NCBI GenBank assembly: GCA_963815195.1 | Contig: CAWFGE010000022.1 | Span: 128,001-192,000 of the forward strand | Source: an uncultured Planctomycetaceae bacterium | GTDB taxonomy: Bacteria; Planctomycetota; Planctomycetia; Planctomycetales; Planctomycetaceae | DNA length: 64,000 bases | Reading direction: 5' to 3' | Shown here: positions 42,608 to 52,413 of the stretch, piece after piece | Layout of the letters: every line of letters starts with the position of its first letter | Position numbering within the stretch: position 1 is the first letter of the stretch | The notes under the pieces: generated by a model | What the model was told of the DNA's origin: nothing | Databases searched by the model: none | What the model saw: the letters and a program-made list of their open reading frames with translations, nothing else | Made by a program: the position numbers and the translations under genes

Positions 42608-43642
42608 ATGACGCCGCGTCCACCCTTTGAAAGCCATCGGCGGTTTACGTGGTTCAAGCCGGAAAAGGCCTTTCCCACCGAATACGAGTCGCTCACGGTC
42701 GGGCAGCAATCCCGCCCGGAGGAATGGATGCACGTCGATTGGCCCGTCCGGTTCGACGACGGCCGCGCTCCCTTTGTGGAAGACTCCACCGCCCTCCGGT
42801 CCGTGGATTGGAAAGGCTTTCGCGACCCGGCGGGATTATTGCAACGAACTCACGTGGCGACGACCAATCGTCAGGAACAGAGCTTGGCGTCGTTCCTTGA
42901 AGAGTCCCACCGCCAAAACCTGTTGAGCCGGCTCAATCCCGCGTGGCGCGACAGCGTGATCGGGAAATATTACGCGGCGTGGCCGTTCGTGGAATACGGC
43001 CAGTTTCTTGCCTTGAGCTATGCGGTGCGGGAAGCCCCGGCGGCGGCTTTGACGTTTGGCCTGGCGTACCAGATCTCCGATAAACTCCGGCACGGCCAGG
43101 ACATCGTGCATTACCTTGCCCTCTTGGAGAACGCAGTGCCCGGGTTCTCGGATGAAAGAGCCCGCGACGCCTGGATGAACGATGCCGCCTTCGTGCCCCT
43201 CCGCGAGCATCTGGAGCGGATTATCCAGACTCGCGACTGGGGCGAGATCATGATTGCCATCCACCTGGTCCTCGAACCGCTCGCGGGCAAGCTTTTGAAA
43301 TCGGAACTGGTGGCGAGGCATGCTGCGGTTCACGGCGATCCGATCTCGCCGGTCATCCTGGCCAACGCGGGAGCCGACGTGCAAAGGCATCAGCAATTCG
43401 CGGTTCAGTTCGCAAAGTTTCTGACCGCGGATCCCCAATTCGGCGAAAGCAACCGCCACGTAATTCGCGGCTGGATGGAGAAGTGGGTTCCAGAAGGCGA
43501 ACAGGCCGCCGCCGCGCTCAAGCCGATTTTTGAGTTGGAGGGTGTATCGCTCGAACGGTTCGAGGACTGCTACGACCGGATTCGCGCCGGGCATCGACGG
43601 ATCATCGCCGGCGCGACCGGATCACCGAAAGGATCCCCATGA
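42608..43642 (+). CDS. soluble diiron monooxygenase beta subunit (alkene MO AmoA/EtnA-like)
   Basis: FTWF...PTEYE.LTVGQQS...HVDWPVRFDDGR...FRDP...YAAWPFVEYG; alternative start 42593. Confidence 0.9.
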   Translation: MTPRPPFESHRRFTWFKPEKAFPTEYESLTVGQQSRPEEWMHVDWPVRFDDGRAPFVEDSTALRSVDWKGFRDPAGLLQRTHVATTNRQEQSLASFLEESHRQNLLSRLNPAWRDSVIGKYYAAWPFVEYGQFLALSYAVREAPAAALTFGLAYQISDKLRHGQDIVHYLALLENAVPGFSDERARDAWMNDAAFVPLREHLERIIQTRDWGEIMIAIHLVLEPLAGKLLKSELVARHAAVHGDPISPVILANAGADVQRHQQFAVQFAKFLTADPQFGESNRHVIRGWMEKWVPEGEQAAAALKPIFELEGVSLERFEDCYDRIRAGHRRIIAGATGSPKGSP

Positions 43643-43941
43643 GCGACTTCGAGGTTTTGAAACGAGATCGAATCGGCGTTTCGCTGATGAACAGCGCGGA
43701 AACGGAAGCGGCCGTCGCGTGGCTGCGCGACCAGTGTCCCGACGCCAGCGTCTCGTTCCGCGATTGCTATTTCAAAATCGAGCGGGATCACGAACTTCGA
43801 TTCGATTTGTCGGCGATCTCGAATTATCTGGGAAGCGAACTCGACGTGGAGACGTTCCTCATCAACCTGAGTTCGTATTACGGGCGCATCGTGGTCGAAG
43901 AGAACTCGATCCGCGTTGTGTCGGAGATTTCTTCAATTTGA
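43639..43941 (+). CDS. monooxygenase coupling protein (MmoB/DmpM family; AmoB/EtnB-like)
   Basis: GVSLMNS.ET, DCYFKIERD, FLINLSSYYGRIVV; ATGA overlap with the beta gene. Confidence 0.9.
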   Translation: MSDFEVLKRDRIGVSLMNSAETEAAVAWLRDQCPDASVSFRDCYFKIERDHELRFDLSAISNYLGSELDVETFLINLSSYYGRIVVEENSIRVVSEISSI

Positions 43942-43976
43942 CGATGGGTCGAACAATCGATTCTCCGAGGAGCAAA

Positions 43977-45484
43977 ATGAAGCCGAGGAAAAACCCCCTC
44001 CTGTTCGATAAGATCGCGTCCTACGACTGGCAGTTCACGACGTCCGAGCGGCAGCCTCCTTTTAAGACGAAGTACGCGATTCCGCACAAAGGCCCCGATG
44101 CGTTTCGGCTTTTGATTCGGGACTATATGCGCATGGAAGCGCAAAAGGACGATCGAACCTACGGGTTTCTGGACGGGGCCTTGCGGATGCGGATGGCCGA
44201 ACAGGTGGAACCGCGGTTCAACGAATGCCTCAAAATCACCTTGCCCGACACGACCAACGCCGAGTATCAGGCCGTGCTGCGCCTGCGGCGGGATTATCGC
44301 GTCTTTTGAAAACCAGGAGCTGCGGCAAGGCTATTACCACCAGATGCTGGACGAAATCCGGCATACGCAGATCCAGATGAAGCTGAGGGAATACTACGTG
44401 AAGCACGCTCCCGACCCGGCGGGTTGGGACATCAATCAGAAGGCGCTCTACCAGCACCCGGCCGGTCTGGTCTCGCTCGGGGAAATGTACCATTTCCATA
44501 CGGGCGACCCGATCGACTGCATTATCGACCTCAACGTGATCGTCGAAACGGCTTTCACGAACGTGCTGCTGGTCGCCGTCCCTCAAGTCGCGGTGGCGAA
44601 CGGCGATCATGCGCTGGCCACGTCGTTCCTCTCCATTCAGTCCGACGAATCGCGGCACATGGCAAACGGTTACGGGTCCCTGTTGTGCGTGCTCCGCGAC
44701 GAACAGAACATCCCGCTGGTCAACGACGCCATCGAACGGCATTTCTGGCGGTGCTCACAAATCGCTCGACGCCATTACCGGTTGGCAGTGCGAGTACGGG
44801 GCACGCGTCAGGCCTTGGGCCTACAAAGACCAATGGAAAGAGTGGATCGTCGACGATTTCGTCGGAAGTTACATCGCCCGGCTGGAACCCTTCGGCGTCC
44901 AGACCCCGCGGTACTTAGGTCGCGCCTTGGACGACGTCCAATGGATGCACCACACGATCGCCCAGTTCCTGGCATCGATCTGGATGCTGAATTGCTGGCG
45001 CACGGACTGCTTGGACGCCGCGGATTACGATTGGTTCGAAAAACACTATCCCGGTTGGACAAATTATTATGGCAAGTTCTGGGATGGGCATCGGCAGATG
45101 ACGGATCCGGCGGATGGGATGATCATGTTGAAGCAACTGGGCTCGGTGCCCGCCTTTTGCCAGGTTTGCAACGTGCCTTGCGTTGTGCCGCGCCCGGATA
45201 TCAACGAAGGCCGGATCACCGAAATCGACGGAAAGCGGTACGCGGTGTGTTGCGAGCCGTGCGAGTGGATCCTGCGGAAATGGCCGGCGGTCTACACGGG
45301 CCGCCGTCAATGGACCGAGCGATACCACGGCTGGGATCTGGCCGACGTCATTCTTGATTTGGGCTACATTCGACCGGATGGAAAGACTCTGATCGGCCAG
45401 CCGTCGCTGGATCTCGACCGCCTGTGGACGATTGAGGACATCCGCAACTTGAATTACGAAGTCCGCAATCCCTTGGCGAAATAA
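43977..45484 (+). CDS. soluble diiron monooxygenase alpha subunit (AmoC/EtnC-like; frameshifts ~44280 and ~44750)
   Basis: NAEYQA, DEIRH, ETAFT and DESRH diiron-site motifs; C-terminal GWDLADVILDLGYIRPDGKTLIGQP; RBS GAGGAG. Confidence 0.92.
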
Positions 45485-45782
45485 ATAGAAAACGTCTCGG
45501 GGCCCATCCGGGGCCGCCCATCGGCACACGCCCACTGCCGGGCAGGATGTTCAATTCTTTCGGCCCCGGCAAATCCAGCAGGGTCGGCGGTCGCGAATCC
45601 TGCCGCCACCGGTTAATCGCGGGCGGCCGTTTTTCCTCCGCACCATTGTTATCAGAATGATTGACGCGCAGTCAATATGATGACGATTTATGTAGGATCC
45701 TGGAGCGGATCTCGTTGTCGTCACTGTTCTTAACTCATTTTGTAATAATTGGTTATAACATTTAATCCAACCGTGTCACGGT

Positions 45783-45799
45783 TTGGCATTAAAAATGCT
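45783..45799 (+). promoter_or_regulatory. putative sigma54 -24/-12 promoter
   Basis: TTGGCATTAAAAATGCT (GG-N10-GC), about 70 bp upstream of 45867. Confidence 0.55.
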
Positions 45800-45866
45800 T
45801 CGTATGCTAAGTATCCACTGTTGATGGATTTCTGAGTTTCAATGGCATTCCGACAAGGAGATTGAG

Positions 45867-46217
45867 ATGAAAAAGGGTCTTGCAATCGCAGCGTTGGGTT
45901 TGGCGGCCGCGTTTTTTGCCTTTGGGCCTAGCACCGCCCAGGCCGGGCATCACGGACATTGCCGGAGCGGGTATGGCTACGGCGGATCCCGCGGCGGACT
46001 TGGGCTGGGGCTTGGGCTGGGAAACTTGCTCGGCGGCCGGGGCTATGGATACGGCAACTACGGCCGGTCTTATTCCGGTTACAACCGCAATCCCTATTAC
46101 TACGGCAATCGCGGCGTGCCCTACGGCAATTACGGTTACGGCCGAGGCTACGGCTACGGCGGCTACGGCAACGGGGTCCAAGTCCGAACCCCGGGCTTCA
46201 GCTTAGGCCTCTGGTAA
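45867..46217 (+). CDS. small secreted Gly/Tyr-rich protein
   Basis: signal peptide ending AQA, GYG repeats, RBS AAGGAG. Confidence 0.85.
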   Translation: MKKGLAIAALGLAAAFFAFGPSTAQAGHHGHCRSGYGYGGSRGGLGLGLGLGNLLGGRGYGYGNYGRSYSGYNRNPYYYGNRGVPYGNYGYGRGYGYGGYGNGVQVRTPGFSLGLW

Positions 46218-46330
46218 TCGCCGACGCCGCCGGTCTTCGCGACTTCGCGGGAATGAAAGACCGGTTTCACAAATTTCATTTGCCCGCCGACAGGCTCCTG
46301 ATGGGTCTTGGCACACGGTGTGTCAGCTCG

Positions 46331-48409
46331 TCAGGAGTCTTTTTTGAACTCCTCGCCGACGCGGCACAAACAGAATCTTGGTTTTGTGAACCATGCAAGA
46401 TACGTTTTGGCGTGGGCCTCACTCCGCTTCGTCGGCTTCGTCCATGCCGAGTTGCGCATCTTGCGGTACAGATTCGACCGGTGCAGCCCCAACAGTTCGG
46501 CGGCCTGGCTTATGTTGCGTTGCGCGCGGTGGATCGCCGCGCGGATGTAGGTTTGCTGGAAATCCCGCGTGGCGTCCTTCAGGGTCTGGTCGCCAGCGGG
46601 CATCTGGTGCTCGGCGCCTTGGTCGGGGCTGAGAATGAATGCCAAATCGTCGGCTTCCACGCGCTCGCCCGGACTTAAAAACGCGACCCGCTCCATCAGG
46701 TTGCGCAGTTCGCGGACATTCCCCGGCCAGGCGTGTCCCTGCAACCGGCGGCGGGCCTCGGCGGAAAGCTGCAACGACGGGCGGCGGGCCTGAACGCAAA
46801 ATTGCTTGAGGAAAAACTCGGCCAGCAGCAGAATATCTTCCGGCCGGTCCCGGAGCGGCGGAAGAACCTGCGTGACGACGCTCAATCGATAGTACAAATC
46901 CTCGCGGAACTTCTTGTGGCGCACGGCCTCGGCGAGGTTGGTGTTCGTGGCCGCAACGATTCGCACATCGATCGGGATCGGCTGGGAGCCGCCGACGCGG
47001 GTGATGACTTTTTGCTCCAGCACGCGGAGCAGCTTCGCCTGCCCGCCCAGGCTCATGTCGCCGATCTCGTCCAGAAACAGCGTGCCGGCCTCGGCCAGTT
47101 CGAACTTGCCCTGCCGGGTTTCGCGGGCATCGGTGAAGGAGCCTTTTTCGTGCCCGAACAGCTCGCTTTCCAAGAGCGTCTCCGCGAGTGCGGCACAGTT
47201 GACGGCGACGAAAGGATTCTTTCCGCGCGGCCCCTGATAGTGCAGCGCCTGGGCGACGACTTCTTTCCCCGTCCCGCTTTCGCCCAAAATCAAGACCGGC
47301 AGATCCGTGAGCGCCAGGCGTTCGACGGTGCTGCGGAGAGCGACAATCACCGGGCTTTGGCCAATGAGCTTCACGCCTTCGCGGATTTGCTCGGTGAGCT
47401 GCTCGCGGGTGCGGATGAGCTGCTCCCACTCCCGGGTGTTGCGGATGGCGGTCGCCGCGTGCGTGCCGAGCTGCTTGAGGCTTTCGACATCGTCCTCGGA
47501 AAAGTTGCCGCGATTTTTGTTGATGCACTCGAACGCCCCGATCAGTTCGCCCTCGGGATCGTGCACGGGAACGCAGAGAAGGTTACGGGTTTTGTAGCCG
47601 CTCTGCTTGTCCACGTCGGAATGGAAACGGGGATCCTTGTAGGCGTCGTCGACCTTGATCGTTTCGTTCTTTGCGACGACTTCGCCCACGATGCCCGCGC
47701 CTTCCGGGATGCGGAGCGTCTCGCCTTCCACGCCGAGCGCGGGGCAGGCGACCAGTTCGCGGTGTTCGCGGTCCCAGACGAAAATGCTCGAGCGGTCGCA
47801 ATCCAGGAGCCGGGTGGCTTCGGTGGCGATCACCTCCAGAAGCCGCCCCGATTTTCGCTCCTTGGCGAACGACGAGGTGATCTGCAGCGTGCTCCGCAGC
47901 CGCTCGGCACGCCGGGCCGTGAGTTCGCGGTTCTCCATGATGCGAACCGCCAAACCAAACGACCGCCCCACGACCACCGCCATCGGCAGCCAGTCCGCCG
48001 TCAGCGACCGCCCGCACAACACAAACACATCGCGGACCCCGTCGCTGAATGCCAAAGGCACGCCGACGATTCCCCAGCCGGCGGGAGATTCCAAAGTCTG
48101 GAATCCCGCCGCTTGCTGCTTGACGACTTGCTCGAAAAACCCGGCCGGCAGCTCGTCCAAGGGAAATCGCCCGCATTGTTCGCGGATCGACCATTCCGCG
48201 GCGTTTTCGAGCACGCCGGCCCATTGCACCGCAAATTCGGTGGCCAGTTCCGGGAGCATTTCGTGAAGGAAGGTCTTGGAATCCTCGAGTTCGAGCGCCG
48301 CTCCCAACAGCCGTTCCGACAAATGAATCGCCGCCCCGCCCGTTTCCGATTGCGAAAACCAAGGCAGATCCCGCCAGGTCATCCAGGTGATATTGGACTC
48401 GGAAGTCAT
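46331..48409 (-). CDS. GAF-domain sigma54-dependent (Fis-family) activator
   Basis: GAF (SGYKTRNLLCVP), GESGTGKE, GSFTDA, LFLDEIG, WPGNVREL, HTH; true stop probably 46419 after a late frameshift. Confidence 0.92.
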   Translation of the reverse strand: MTSESNITWMTWRDLPWFSQSETGGAAIHLSERLLGAALELEDSKTFLHEMLPELATEFAVQWAGVLENAAEWSIREQCGRFPLDELPAGFFEQVVKQQAAGFQTLESPAGWGIVGVPLAFSDGVRDVFVLCGRSLTADWLPMAVVVGRSFGLAVRIMENRELTARRAERLRSTLQITSSFAKERKSGRLLEVIATEATRLLDCDRSSIFVWDREHRELVACPALGVEGETLRIPEGAGIVGEVVAKNETIKVDDAYKDPRFHSDVDKQSGYKTRNLLCVPVHDPEGELIGAFECINKNRGNFSEDDVESLKQLGTHAATAIRNTREWEQLIRTREQLTEQIREGVKLIGQSPVIVALRSTVERLALTDLPVLILGESGTGKEVVAQALHYQGPRGKNPFVAVNCAALAETLLESELFGHEKGSFTDARETRQGKFELAEAGTLFLDEIGDMSLGGQAKLLRVLEQKVITRVGGSQPIPIDVRIVAATNTNLAEAVRHKKFREDLYYRLSVVTQVLPPLRDRPEDILLLAEFFLKQFCVQARRPSLQLSAEARRRLQGHAWPGNVRELRNLMERVAFLSPGERVEADDLAFILSPDQGAEHQMPAGDQTLKDATRDFQQTYIRAAIHRAQRNISQAAELLGLHRSNLYRKMRNSAWTKPTKRSEAHAKTYLAWFTKPRFCLCRVGEEFKKDS

Positions 48410-48539
48410 CCGTCGCTTGCTCCCCCGGCTGTTGTCAGATTGACGACCGGCCGGGACGGTTTCTGGTAAAATCGACTCACCAGCGCATCATAACAGACAC
48501 ACCCTGTGGAGCAAGACAGGCCAACAACGGCGGGCGTTT

Positions 48540-49172
48540 TCAAAGACCGTCCACGCGCTGCCAGAGGCCGCGGTAAATGGACCAGCCGTCTTTGCGTTTT
48601 TTGCGCTCGAAGCTGGTTTGATAGTCCATGTCGTGTTCCGGTTCTCGCTCGGCGGGCGGGTCGAGCGTGATGAACCGGGGATGACGGTCCATCAGTCCCG
48701 AGATGACGCCAAAGTATTCTTCGACATCGGTCCACGAATGCAGTAACCCGCCCGGTTTGAGAACCTCGGCCGCGAGGTCGGCGAACTCATCGGTGAACAC
48801 CCGCCGCCGCCGGTGTCTTCGCTTCCACCACGGGTCGGGGAAATAGACGTGCACCGCATCGACCGAGGCGGGCGGGACGTGCATGATGAAGGCGGTCCGC
48901 ACGTCGCCGCCGATGACGCGGACGTTATGGAGTCGGCGTTTTTTCAGTCGCCGAGCCGCGCGGCGGGCTTCGCGGTAATCGAGTTCGATGCCCAGGTAAT
49001 TGATGCAGGGGTTCGCTTCGCCGGAGGTGACGAGGAACAAACCCCGGCCGCTGCCCACGTCGATTTCGACGGGATGATCGTTGCCGAAGAACTCGGGCCA
49101 ATCGATCATCCCTTGGGTATTGTGGAGCGTCTGAAACCAGGGACGGAGATCCGGAGGAGCAATGCGCGGCAT
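48540..49172 (-). CDS. trmB: tRNA (guanine-N7)-methyltransferase
   Basis: EIDVGSGRG, YFPDPWWKRRH, TSFERK. Confidence 0.93.
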   Translation of the reverse strand: MPRIAPPDLRPWFQTLHNTQGMIDWPEFFGNDHPVEIDVGSGRGLFLVTSGEANPCINYLGIELDYREARRAARRLKKRRLHNVRVIGGDVRTAFIMHVPPASVDAVHVYFPDPWWKRRHRRRRVFTDEFADLAAEVLKPGGLLHSWTDVEEYFGVISGLMDRHPRFITLDPPAEREPEHDMDYQTSFERKKRKDGWSIYRGLWQRVDGL

Positions 49173-49186
49173 GAGTCAGTCAGGGG

Positions 49187-49687
49187 TCAATCGATTTTGC
49201 GGTCGCGTTCGATGGGCACGCCGATCATGCTGCCGCTGAAAACCATCCGCTCCCCGACGAAGCCTTGAAAGTCGTACTCCGCCCGACGGCCTTTGCGGAT
49301 CTTGGTGACCTTGGCGGCGAGCACGAGCCGGCAGCCGGGGAACACCGGATAGCGGAAACGCACGTTGTCCATCCCGCCGAAGCCCAGGTAGTCTCCGCCC
49401 AGCAGGTTGTATTTGCGGGCATAAAACCCGGCGAGCTGGGCCGCGCATTCGCAGAGGATCACGCCTGGCATCAGCGGAAAGCCCGGCATATGCCCAGTCG
49501 TCCAAAACTCCTCGTGGGTCACATCCTTATAGCCCACGATCACGTTGTGTTCCTGATCGATCAGCAGAATCCCGCTGAGCTGCTCCATCTCGTGCCGCTG
49601 AGGATTCACCCGGCGGATCTCCTGGAGATCGAACATCGGCTTGTCAAAATTCAGCTTGGACAAATCAACAAATGGTGGAGGAGGCAT
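49187..49687 (-). CDS. fabZ: 3-hydroxyacyl-ACP dehydratase (FabA/FabZ family)
   Basis: GHMPGFPLMPGVILCECAAQ, VRFRYPVFPG. Confidence 0.8.
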   Translation of the reverse strand: MPPPPFVDLSKLNFDKPMFDLQEIRRVNPQRHEMEQLSGILLIDQEHNVIVGYKDVTHEEFWTTGHMPGFPLMPGVILCECAAQLAGFYARKYNLLGGDYLGFGGMDNVRFRYPVFPGCRLVLAAKVTKIRKGRRAEYDFQGFVGERMVFSGSMIGVPIERDRKID

Positions 49688-49753
49688 TTGCGCTCAACCT
49701 CGATTTTGGAACAACGGCTTGTGTGGGAACGGATTCTATTATCGATTCGATGC

Positions 49754-49827
49754 GAGGATCGAGGATGGAAGATCGAGGTTAGATATTCAACCTCTCGGCT
49801 AACCTCGATCCTCCATCTTCGATCCTC
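49754..49827. repeat. heptamer-built inverted repeat
   Basis: GAGGATCGAGGATGGAAGATCGAGGTTAG and its reverse complement (2 mismatches). Confidence 0.75.
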
Positions 49828-49867
49828 ACTCCCTTTGTGGGAGGATGATAACACCGCGGCCGACAGA

Positions 49868-50836
49868 TTAAACGACGGGGCACCCGAGTAGTTCACCAAT
49901 TTGGGAGAGTTCCGTCAAGAGCCGATCGGGGCGAAGTTTTTGATCCGCGACTTCCTCTTTGGTGGCCTCCATGCTGAGCTTGTCCCCCGCATAGAGGGCA
50001 GTCCGCATTCCCAGGGATTTCGCCACCGCCAAATCGTTCGACAAGCGGGAACTGACATACAAAATCTGGTTCGGCTCGATGCCCTCTTCCCGGCAACGGT
50101 CGATGAATGTTTGATACAAAAACTTCGACGGCTTTCGCACCTCCTGCTGATAGGACAACACGAATAGCGAAGTGTTAAAAAGTTCCCCCAACGGCGGCAG
50201 CGGCCCCTGGGCTTTGAGACACCTTAGCAACTGCACGAGCGTAAACGGCTGGGCATCCGCCAAAAGTGCTTGCTGAAAATCTCCCCGAGCCACGGTTTCT
50301 AAAGCCGCGAGGGCCTGGGGGGCGGCTTCGAGACCTTGCAGGCTTCGGTGGTAGAAATAGGCGACCTTCTCGCTGAGCTCGTCCAGGTCGCCGTAGAACT
50401 CGGCATCGTATTCATAATCTTTCTCCTGGAGCTGGTCCAGAATCTGCCGCCAGGCTTGGGAACATTTCACCTCCGGCACGTCGCCTTTCTGTTTGGTGGA
50501 GGCCATTCGCTGGCGTTCCAAAAACTTCCCGAGTTGCTCGTGGAGATATTTCCAGGGCGCGACCGGTTTGCGATACATGGAGTTCCACATTTTGAACTCG
50601 GCGTCCACCTTCTCGAGCGCGATCTGCATCCGCAACTCCTCGGGGACCTCGAACAGCAAATCGCCGTCGGCAATCCGGAGGAGCGTGCCATACACGTTCC
50701 ACGCGACCGCGCGGACCTCCGGCAACGGTTTTAGGTACGCGGTCGCTTTGGGGACTTCCAGTTTCGGAGGCAGCGGCCAGCGAAGATCCTCGCGGTCATC
50801 GAGCCAGTCGGCATACTCTTGCAGCGTCTTTGCCAT
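49868..50836 (-). CDS. HAD-superfamily-like protein
   Basis: WNVYGTL, RKPS, NDLAVAKSLGMRT; catalytic Asp motif degenerate. Confidence 0.75.
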   Translation of the reverse strand: MAKTLQEYADWLDDREDLRWPLPPKLEVPKATAYLKPLPEVRAVAWNVYGTLLRIADGDLLFEVPEELRMQIALEKVDAEFKMWNSMYRKPVAPWKYLHEQLGKFLERQRMASTKQKGDVPEVKCSQAWRQILDQLQEKDYEYDAEFYGDLDELSEKVAYFYHRSLQGLEAAPQALAALETVARGDFQQALLADAQPFTLVQLLRCLKAQGPLPPLGELFNTSLFVLSYQQEVRKPSKFLYQTFIDRCREEGIEPNQILYVSSRLSNDLAVAKSLGMRTALYAGDKLSMEATKEEVADQKLRPDRLLTELSQIGELLGCPVV

Positions 50837-50896
50837 GAATGCTTCGGAAGATCATCTAGAAACCAAGAAGGTGCTCAATTCAAAGTGACTCGAATC

Positions 50897-50942
50897 GATT
50901 AGTCGCAGGGGGGCACCGCCCGCAGGGTGGTCCGCCCCGGTT
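50897..50942. repeat. REP-like family A copy
   Basis: near-identical to 19041-19086. Confidence 0.75.
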
Positions 50943-51135
50943 TATTAATCCTGACCTCGAACCAAAACGAGCGTATGGGTAACGGTGTGAGCGTTCAAGC
51001 TTTCATCATAATGGCAAACCCCGCGGGTGGGGAGTCGCAATCCCATCCAATCGAGAATCCGGCCGCTGGCATCCGGTCTGGTTTCGCGATAGGATGGAAG
51101 AAGCGGGCGGACGGCGGTTTTGACGAGGTTTCCCA

Positions 51136-51318
51136 TTGCGCAGGCGTTTCCCCATCCAAGAGCGGCGATCCCGGCGGCGCGGGGTCTCCACGTTGGATTA
51201 CGCGTTGGTCCTGGGCGTGGTGCTGCCTCTGGCGGCGATCGTCGTGCCCACGAGCATCCGCATGGTGCGGGCCGTGTATGAAATGGTGGTGGTGATGATC
51301 GCGTGGCCGTTCCAATAG
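51136..51318 (+). CDS. Flp-like pilin
   Basis: basic leader, G|VSTLDY, hydrophobic helix; start uncertain. Confidence 0.6.
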   Translation: MRRRFPIQERRSRRRGVSTLDYALVLGVVLPLAAIVVPTSIRMVRAVYEMVVVMIAWPFQ

Positions 51319-51347
51319 TTCCAACGTCCCGAACCGGGAGCAAGTTC

Positions 51348-51551
51348 ATGTCGCTTCGAGAAGTTTTCAAAAAGTTGCACCGGGATGAGCGGGGCGTGGT
51401 CAGCTTGGAAACGGTGCTCATCATCGCCGCCGTCGCTTTGCCCGTGCTGATCATCATCATCAAATTCGGCTGGCCGAGGATCAAATCCTATTTCGACACG
51501 GGCATGAACCAGCTCGAACGCGAATCCAACGACGCCATCCAGGGCAACTGA
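51348..51551 (+). CDS. Flp/type IVb pilin
   Basis: LHRDERG|VVSLE plus hydrophobic helix. Confidence 0.8.
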   Translation: MSLREVFKKLHRDERGVVSLETVLIIAAVALPVLIIIIKFGWPRIKSYFDTGMNQLERESNDAIQGN

Positions 51552-51660
51552 CGGGGAAAATGGCCAATGCCTTTGGGCGAGCGTGGGGCGTAAGCCCCAT
51601 GATGTCTGGGAACGACCAATCCCTCCGAAAACATTTCAAAGAATATCCAGCGGGAATTCC

Positions 51661-52182
51661 ATGTCGGAATGGTTGTTGGCGGGGTTGTTGATTGTCGCCA
51701 GCATCACCGACGTCGGTTGGCAGAAGATTTATAACTGGACGACTTACCCCGGTTTGCTGTTGGGACTCGTGCTGGGCGGACTGCAATTCGGCTGGCCGGG
51801 CTTGGAAGACCGGCTGCTCGCGGTGCTGTTGTGCGGAGGATTGATGTTGTTGGCGTTTTTGCTGATGGGCATCGGCGGCGGCGATGTGAAGCTCATCACC
51901 ATGATGGCCGCGTTTTTGGGGATCGAGCGCGGCGTGGAAGCGATGCTGTGGACGTTCGTTTTGGGAGCGATCGCCGCCGGGGCGGTTTTGATCTGGCAGC
52001 TCGGAGCCTGGCGGATCCTCAAAAAAACCGCCGAGCAACTCCGGGTCGTCCTCAAAGCCAAAACCTGGGTGCCCTTGACGGAAGCAGAACGCCAACCGTT
52101 AACGCGAGGCTTGTTCCTCGCCCCGTCCGCGCTCGCCGCGGTGTGTTTGTTGTGGGCTAACGATTCGTACCATTGGTTTTGA
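51661..52182 (+). CDS. A24 prepilin peptidase (CpaA/TadV-like)
   Basis: TD...KIYN, GGGDVKL. Confidence 0.88.
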   Translation: MSEWLLAGLLIVASITDVGWQKIYNWTTYPGLLLGLVLGGLQFGWPGLEDRLLAVLLCGGLMLLAFLLMGIGGGDVKLITMMAAFLGIERGVEAMLWTFVLGAIAAGAVLIWQLGAWRILKKTAEQLRVVLKAKTWVPLTEAERQPLTRGLFLAPSALAAVCLLWANDSYHWF

Positions 52183-52206
52183 TCGGCGTTCGCAATATTG
52201 CGAGTT

Positions 52207-52372
52207 TTCTGGTGCAAATCCGCAGCGCGAAATCCGAAATTCGAAATAAATCCAAAATCCCAATGTCCCAAAACGATTCATATAACGTTACCGGCTCGTA
52301 GGGTTTGGATATTGGAGTTTCGGTCATTCGAATTTGTTTCGGATTTCGAGATTCGGATTTCGGATTTTCCGG
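52207..52372. repeat. ~170-bp heptamer-based palindromic element
   Basis: AAATCCG-type arms facing CGGATTT-type arms; inverted copy at 62523-62696. Confidence 0.85.
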
Positions 52373-52413
52373 CGCGGCGTCTCGCACGGTGACTTAAGAG
52401 GAGGAGAATTTTC

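Noticed and set aside
42608..45484. Soluble methane monooxygenase or phenol/toluene hydroxylase
   Set aside because: No gamma subunit or ferredoxin is present; gene order and motifs fit the alkene monooxygenase group.
16517..48469. Long antisense ORFs (for example 16517-18544, 34141-36033, 38665-40461, 46733-48469)
   Set aside because: They mirror well-supported genes, carry no motifs, and are expected in GC-rich DNA.
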